A model generated the notes under the pieces. That model had not been told where the DNA came from, made no database searches, and saw only the letters and a program-made list of their open reading frames with translations. A program made the translations under genes and the position numbers. Positions 60,104 to 64,000 of a stretch of 64,000 bases of DNA are shown here, piece after piece. The stretch is from assembly GCA_963823655.1 (NCBI GenBank), contig CAWGMK010000013.1, forward strand, positions 224,001-288,000. The letters are read 5' to 3'. Source of the DNA: an uncultured Bacillota bacterium. GTDB lineage: Bacteria > Bacillota > DTU025 > MWDF01. The stretch's first letter is position 1. The number at the start of each line of letters is the position of its first letter.

Positions 60104-61011
60104 ATGCTGAATACCTTCCAGCAGATTATCGATGAGGCAAAAAGGGGCGGCAAACAGCGAATAGCGATAGCCGCCGCAAATGACGCCGATGTCCTGGAGG
60201 CTGTCAAAATGGCGATGGAAATCGGGCTTGCCGATTTCACGCTGTTCGGGGACCTGGCCTCCATTAGGCAGACTGGCAAAGGAAGTCGGGCTGAGCCTTA
60301 AAGATGTAGAGATAGTCGACGAACCAATCCTTACAACCGCCGCGCTCAAAGCCGTGCAGCATGTCAGCTCCGGCAAGGCAGGAACCCTTATGAAGGGCCT
60401 AATAGGCACGTCCGATTTTCTAAGGGCAGTGCTCGACAAGGAAGTGGGCCTCCGGACAGGAAACCTCCTATCCCATGTGGCCGTCATCAAATCGTGCCAG
60501 GTTCGACAGGTTCTTCTACCTTACCGACGGGGGCATGAACATATCGCCCACGCTCGAGCAGAAGGTACAGATAATCGGAAACGCCGTTAAAGTGGCCCAT
60601 GCGCTGGGCAATCCGGAACCAAAGGTGGCCTGCATATCAGCGGTGGAGATTGTAAATCCCGACATTGCGGCCACGATGGATGCCGCACTTCTCGCGAAGA
60701 TGAGCGACAGGAAACAGATCAAAGGCTGCATAGTCGACGGCCCGTTCGGCCTGGATAATGCGGTTTCAGCTGAAGCGGCCAAACATAAGGGGGTAACAGG
60801 CCCTGTGGCCGGCCAGGCTGAGATTCTGATGTGCCCCGACATTAACACGGGAAATGTGATCTACAAGGCCCTGAGCTACTTCGCCGACATCGAATGCGGC
60901 GCAATGATCGCGGGGGCAAGGGCCCCGATAGTGCTCACCAGCAGGGCCGATTCGCCCAGGACCAAGCTTTTATCGATGGCGACTGCAGCAGCTGTTGCCC
61001 GCAACTCCTGA
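60104..61011 (+). CDS. ptb: Phosphate butyryltransferase; two +1 frameshifts (~60266-60281 and ~60495)
   Basis: LMKG, LLSHV, TDGGMN, VDGPFGLDNA, GNVIYK, LTSRADS spread over three frames. Confidence 0.9.
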
Positions 61012-61033
61012 AAGTAAATCAAGGAGGTTCAAA

Positions 61034-62101
61034 ATGAGGCTCCTTATAATTAACCCCGGCTCGACTTCAACAAAGGTTGCCCTTTTCGAAGGCCTGAGCC
61101 AGACGGCGGCCGAGACTCTGAGGCATTCCCCGGAGCAGCTTTCCCCATACCCAACCATAGCCGACCAGCTCGATTTCAGGGCTGCCGAGGTCAGCGATTT
61201 CCTCATGGCCCAGGGCAACCCTCCTTTGGACGCAGTAATGGGAAGAGGCGGTCTGCTCCCACCAATGCCAAGCGGTGTCTATGAGGTTGATGATGCCCTC
61301 ATGGAGAAGCTGCTGCATCCTTCAGGCCAGCATGCATCCAACCTCGGGGGACTGATCGCAAAGAAGATCGCCGCCGAGAGGGGCATCCGTGCTTTCATTG
61401 CGGACAGCGTAACCACGGATGAGCTCTGCCCTCTGGCGAGATATTCGGGAAGCCCCCTAATTCAGAGGGTCAGCATCTTCCATGCGCTCAACCAGAAATC
61501 CATAGCAAGGCACGCCGCAAAGGACATGGGCAGGCCTTATGAGGAACTGAACCTGATAGTCTGCCACTTAGGAGGCGGCGTAAGCGTCGGAGCCCATCAC
61601 AATGGAAGGGTAGTAGACGTAAACAACGCGCTGGACGGCGACGGGCCGTTAGCCCCCGAAAGGGCAGGAACCTTACCTTTAAACGGCCTTTTAGACCTCT
61701 GCTATTCCGGGCAGTACACGCACTCCCAGGCAAGGAAGCTGCTAACTGGCGGCGGGGGTTTCGTAGCCCATTTGAGCACCAATTCGGGGACCAAGCTCGA
61801 AGAGATGGTTGCCGCGGGGGATAAGAAGGCTGAGCTCATCGAAAAAGCCTTCGCGTACACCCTGGCCAAAGAAGTGGGCCGCATGGCCGCCGTCTTGAAA
61901 GGTAAAGTCGACGCAATCATAATTACCGGCGGACTGGCCCATTCCGAGAGGATATGTTCTATGATAAAAGAGATGGTGGGAGCCTTCGGGGAAGTGAAAT
62001 GCTACCCCGGGGAGGATGAGATGAAAGCCTTGGCCGAGGCCGGCGAAAGGGTGCTCGGCTCTGCCCGCCAAATGCCACCGAAAGGAGGTCAGCCTTGTTG
62101 A
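61034..62101 (+). CDS. buk: Butyrate / branched-chain fatty acid kinase, copy 2
   Basis: NPGSTSTK, GRGGLL, HASNLG, FHALNQK, HLGGG, YPGEDE. Confidence 0.94.
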   Translation: MRLLIINPGSTSTKVALFEGLSQTAAETLRHSPEQLSPYPTIADQLDFRAAEVSDFLMAQGNPPLDAVMGRGGLLPPMPSGVYEVDDALMEKLLHPSGQHASNLGGLIAKKIAAERGIRAFIADSVTTDELCPLARYSGSPLIQRVSIFHALNQKSIARHAAKDMGRPYEELNLIVCHLGGGVSVGAHHNGRVVDVNNALDGDGPLAPERAGTLPLNGLLDLCYSGQYTHSQARKLLTGGGGFVAHLSTNSGTKLEEMVAAGDKKAELIEKAFAYTLAKEVGRMAAVLKGKVDAIIITGGLAHSERICSMIKEMVGAFGEVKCYPGEDEMKALAEAGERVLGSARQMPPKGGQPC

Positions 62102-62304
62102 AGAAAGTCGTAATCGACATCGAACGCTGCAAGGGGTGCGAACTTTGCGTAAGGTACTGCCCCAAGGATGCCCTGGCAATTGATGAGACAACCAATTCGA
62201 AGGGATACCTTCCTGCCTTCCTCAAAGACGAGGAAGCGTGCATAAGCTGCGGAATTTGCGGGAAGATGTGCCCGGATTCCGCAATCGAAGTATTCAAGCC
62301 CTAG
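62095..62304 (+). CDS. 2x[4Fe-4S] ferredoxin, delta subunit of 2-oxoacid:ferredoxin oxidoreductase
   Basis: CKGCELCVRYCP and CISCGICGKMCP. Confidence 0.92.
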   Translation: MLKKVVIDIERCKGCELCVRYCPKDALAIDETTNSKGYLPAFLKDEEACISCGICGKMCPDSAIEVFKP

Positions 62305-62331
62305 CGCAGTAAACTTAAGGAGGCATTTGAA

Positions 62332-63399
62332 GTGTCTGAGAAGAAGCTTTTCAAGGGCAATGAGGCCGTAGGCGAAGCCGCCATAAGGGCCGGCTGCCGC
62401 TATTTCTTCGGCTATCCCATAACTCCTCAGAACGAGATACCGGAATATATGTCCAGGAGGCTGCCTGAAGTGGGCGGCTGTTTCCTGCAGGCGGAAAGCG
62501 AAGTTGCCGCAATAAACATGGTATACGGCGCCGCTGCCGCAGGGGCAAGGGTCATGACCTCGTCATCGAGCCCGGGCATCTCATTGAAGATGGAGGGCAT
62601 ATCCTATATAGCAGGCTCTCTGCTGTCGCCGCTGATCGTCAACATGGTCCGCGGAGGACCGGGGCTTGGCGACATACAGCCATCTCAAAGCGACTATTTC
62701 CAGGCCACCAAAGGAGGCGGGCATGGGGACTACAAGCTGATTGTATTCACCCCCGCAAGCATACAGGAGATGGTGGACCTGATATACATATCCTTCGAGA
62801 CGGGTGAGAAGTACCTTATGCCGGTCATGATACTTGCCGACGGAGTGCTCGGCCAGATGATGGAATCGGTGGAGTTCCCCGAGATGAAGGAGCCTAATGA
62901 TCCCAATTCCAGTTCATTTGCCATTACCGGGGCTGCAGGAAGGCCAGCGAGGGTTGTCAAGGCCTTCGACCTGGATCCCGAGAAGATGTATCAGCTGAAC
63001 ATGGAGATGGCGGAGAGAAACAAGCTTGTAGAGAAGAATGAGACAAGGGTAGAAGAATACATGATGGACGATGCCGAGTTCGCGCTTGTGGCATACGGCA
63101 CCTCAAGCAGGATATGCCGCTCGGCTGTGGATAAGGCGAGGGCCGAAGGGCTGAAGCTTGGGCTTATCAGGCCGATAACGGTCTGGCCGTTCCCTTACGA
63201 GACGATAAGGAAAGCAGCCTCAAAGGTAAAGGGGTTCCTGGTAGTCGAGATGAGCCTGGGCCAATTCATAGAGGACGTCAGGCTCGCGGTAGAGGGAAAG
63301 AAGCCCGTCGCGCTGCACGCAATACCTGGAGGCCTCATCCCCAAGAGGGACGAAGTGCTTGCGCAGGTACATGGCATACTTGACGGGAAGGGGGTTTGA
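62332..63399 (+). CDS. vorB: 2-oxoisovalerate/2-oxoacid:ferredoxin oxidoreductase alpha subunit (VorB-like)
   Basis: KGNEA, YPITPQ, QAESE, TSSSSPG, RGGPGLG, GGGHGDY. Confidence 0.88.
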   Translation: MSEKKLFKGNEAVGEAAIRAGCRYFFGYPITPQNEIPEYMSRRLPEVGGCFLQAESEVAAINMVYGAAAAGARVMTSSSSPGISLKMEGISYIAGSLLSPLIVNMVRGGPGLGDIQPSQSDYFQATKGGGHGDYKLIVFTPASIQEMVDLIYISFETGEKYLMPVMILADGVLGQMMESVEFPEMKEPNDPNSSSFAITGAAGRPARVVKAFDLDPEKMYQLNMEMAERNKLVEKNETRVEEYMMDDAEFALVAYGTSSRICRSAVDKARAEGLKLGLIRPITVWPFPYETIRKAASKVKGFLVVEMSLGQFIEDVRLAVEGKKPVALHAIPGGLIPKRDEVLAQVHGILDGKGV

Positions 63400-63401
63400 G
63401 C

Positions 63402-64000
63402 ATGCAGGAGGTCTACAGGACAGCCAAGTCACTGACGAAAGCAACTATGCACTACTGCCCGGGTTGCACACATGGCATAATTCATAAGCTGGTGGCGGAG
63501 TCAATCGACGAGCTCGGTATTAGGGAGAAGACTATAGGCGTTGCCCCGGTGGGTTGCGCTGTGCTCGCCTACCAGTACATAGATACGGACTTCGCAGTAG
63601 CGGCCCACGGCAGGGCGCCTGCCATGGCCACAGGCATCAAAAGGGTGCACCCCGACAAGATCGTATTCACATATCAAGGTGACGGAGACCTAGCGTCCAT
63701 TGGCACGGCTGAGATCGTCCATGCCGCGATGAGGGGCGAGAAGATAACGGTAATTTTCGTAAACAACGCGATTTACGGCATGACGGGAGGACAGATGGCG
63801 CCGACCACGCTAGTTGGGCAGAAGACCAGCACATCTCCCTACGGCAGGCAGGTCGAGCACTGCGGCAGCCCCATAAGGATGTCGGAGCTTCTTGCAACGA
63901 TACCCGGAGCCTACTATGTCACAAGAGTATCGGTTACAACGCCCGCGGGCCTTGCAAAGGCCAAGCGTGCAATCAAGAGGGCATTCCAAAACCAGATCGA
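63402..64000 (+). CDS. 2-oxoacid:ferredoxin oxidoreductase TPP-binding beta subunit, 3'-partial
   Basis: Read directly from the sequence (not in the ORF track): [36 protein letters not shown]. Confidence 0.9.
   Translation, partial: MQEVYRTAKSLTKATMHYCPGCTHGIIHKLVAESIDELGIREKTIGVAPVGCAVLAYQYIDTDFAVAAHGRAPAMATGIKRVHPDKIVFTYQGDGDLASIGTAEIVHAAMRGEKITVIFVNNAIYGMTGGQMAPTTLVGQKTSTSPYGRQVEHCGSPIRMSELLATIPGAYYVTRVSVTTPAGLAKAKRAIKRAFQNQI

Overview
A dense, almost entirely + strand housekeeping region of an anaerobic, Bacillota-like bacterium, judged from PolC, a T-box, L19/S15/S2/rimP leaders and the gene order. Contents in order: the 3' part of RNase P RNA; a rubredoxin-rubrerythrin cluster; thiN; T-box-ileS (type 2); rpmB; asp23-fakA-fakB-fakB; rsmD-coaD; ackA; plsX-acp-rnc-smc-ftsY-ffh; rpsP-rimM-trmD-rplS; rbgA-rnhB-topA-trmFO-xerC-hslVU; rpsB-tsf-pyrH-frr-uppS-cdsA-dxr-rseP-ispG-proS; polC; the rimP-nusA-infB-rbfA-truB-ribF-rpsO-pnp block; and a buk-ptb-buk / 2-oxoacid:ferredoxin oxidoreductase cluster that runs off the window. 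I found no mobile element, CRISPR array, tRNA or rRNA, and no clearly new multi-gene system. Thirteen single-base (+1) insertions break 12 conserved genes and create a false rseP-ispG fusion; they are almost certainly sequencing errors. The most unusual real signals are: (1) a ~1105-aa IF2 with a protein-level-conserved [13 protein letters not shown] tandem array; (2) a PolC lacking its proofreading exonuclease domain but keeping PHP metal ligands; (3) a RibF lacking the riboflavin kinase motif; (4) a fatty-acid-scavenging arrangement (fakA, two fakB, plsX, divergent ACP, no fab genes) whose first fakB has a hairpin-split ribosome binding site; and (5) candidate operator palindromes before the rubredoxin operon and ylxM.
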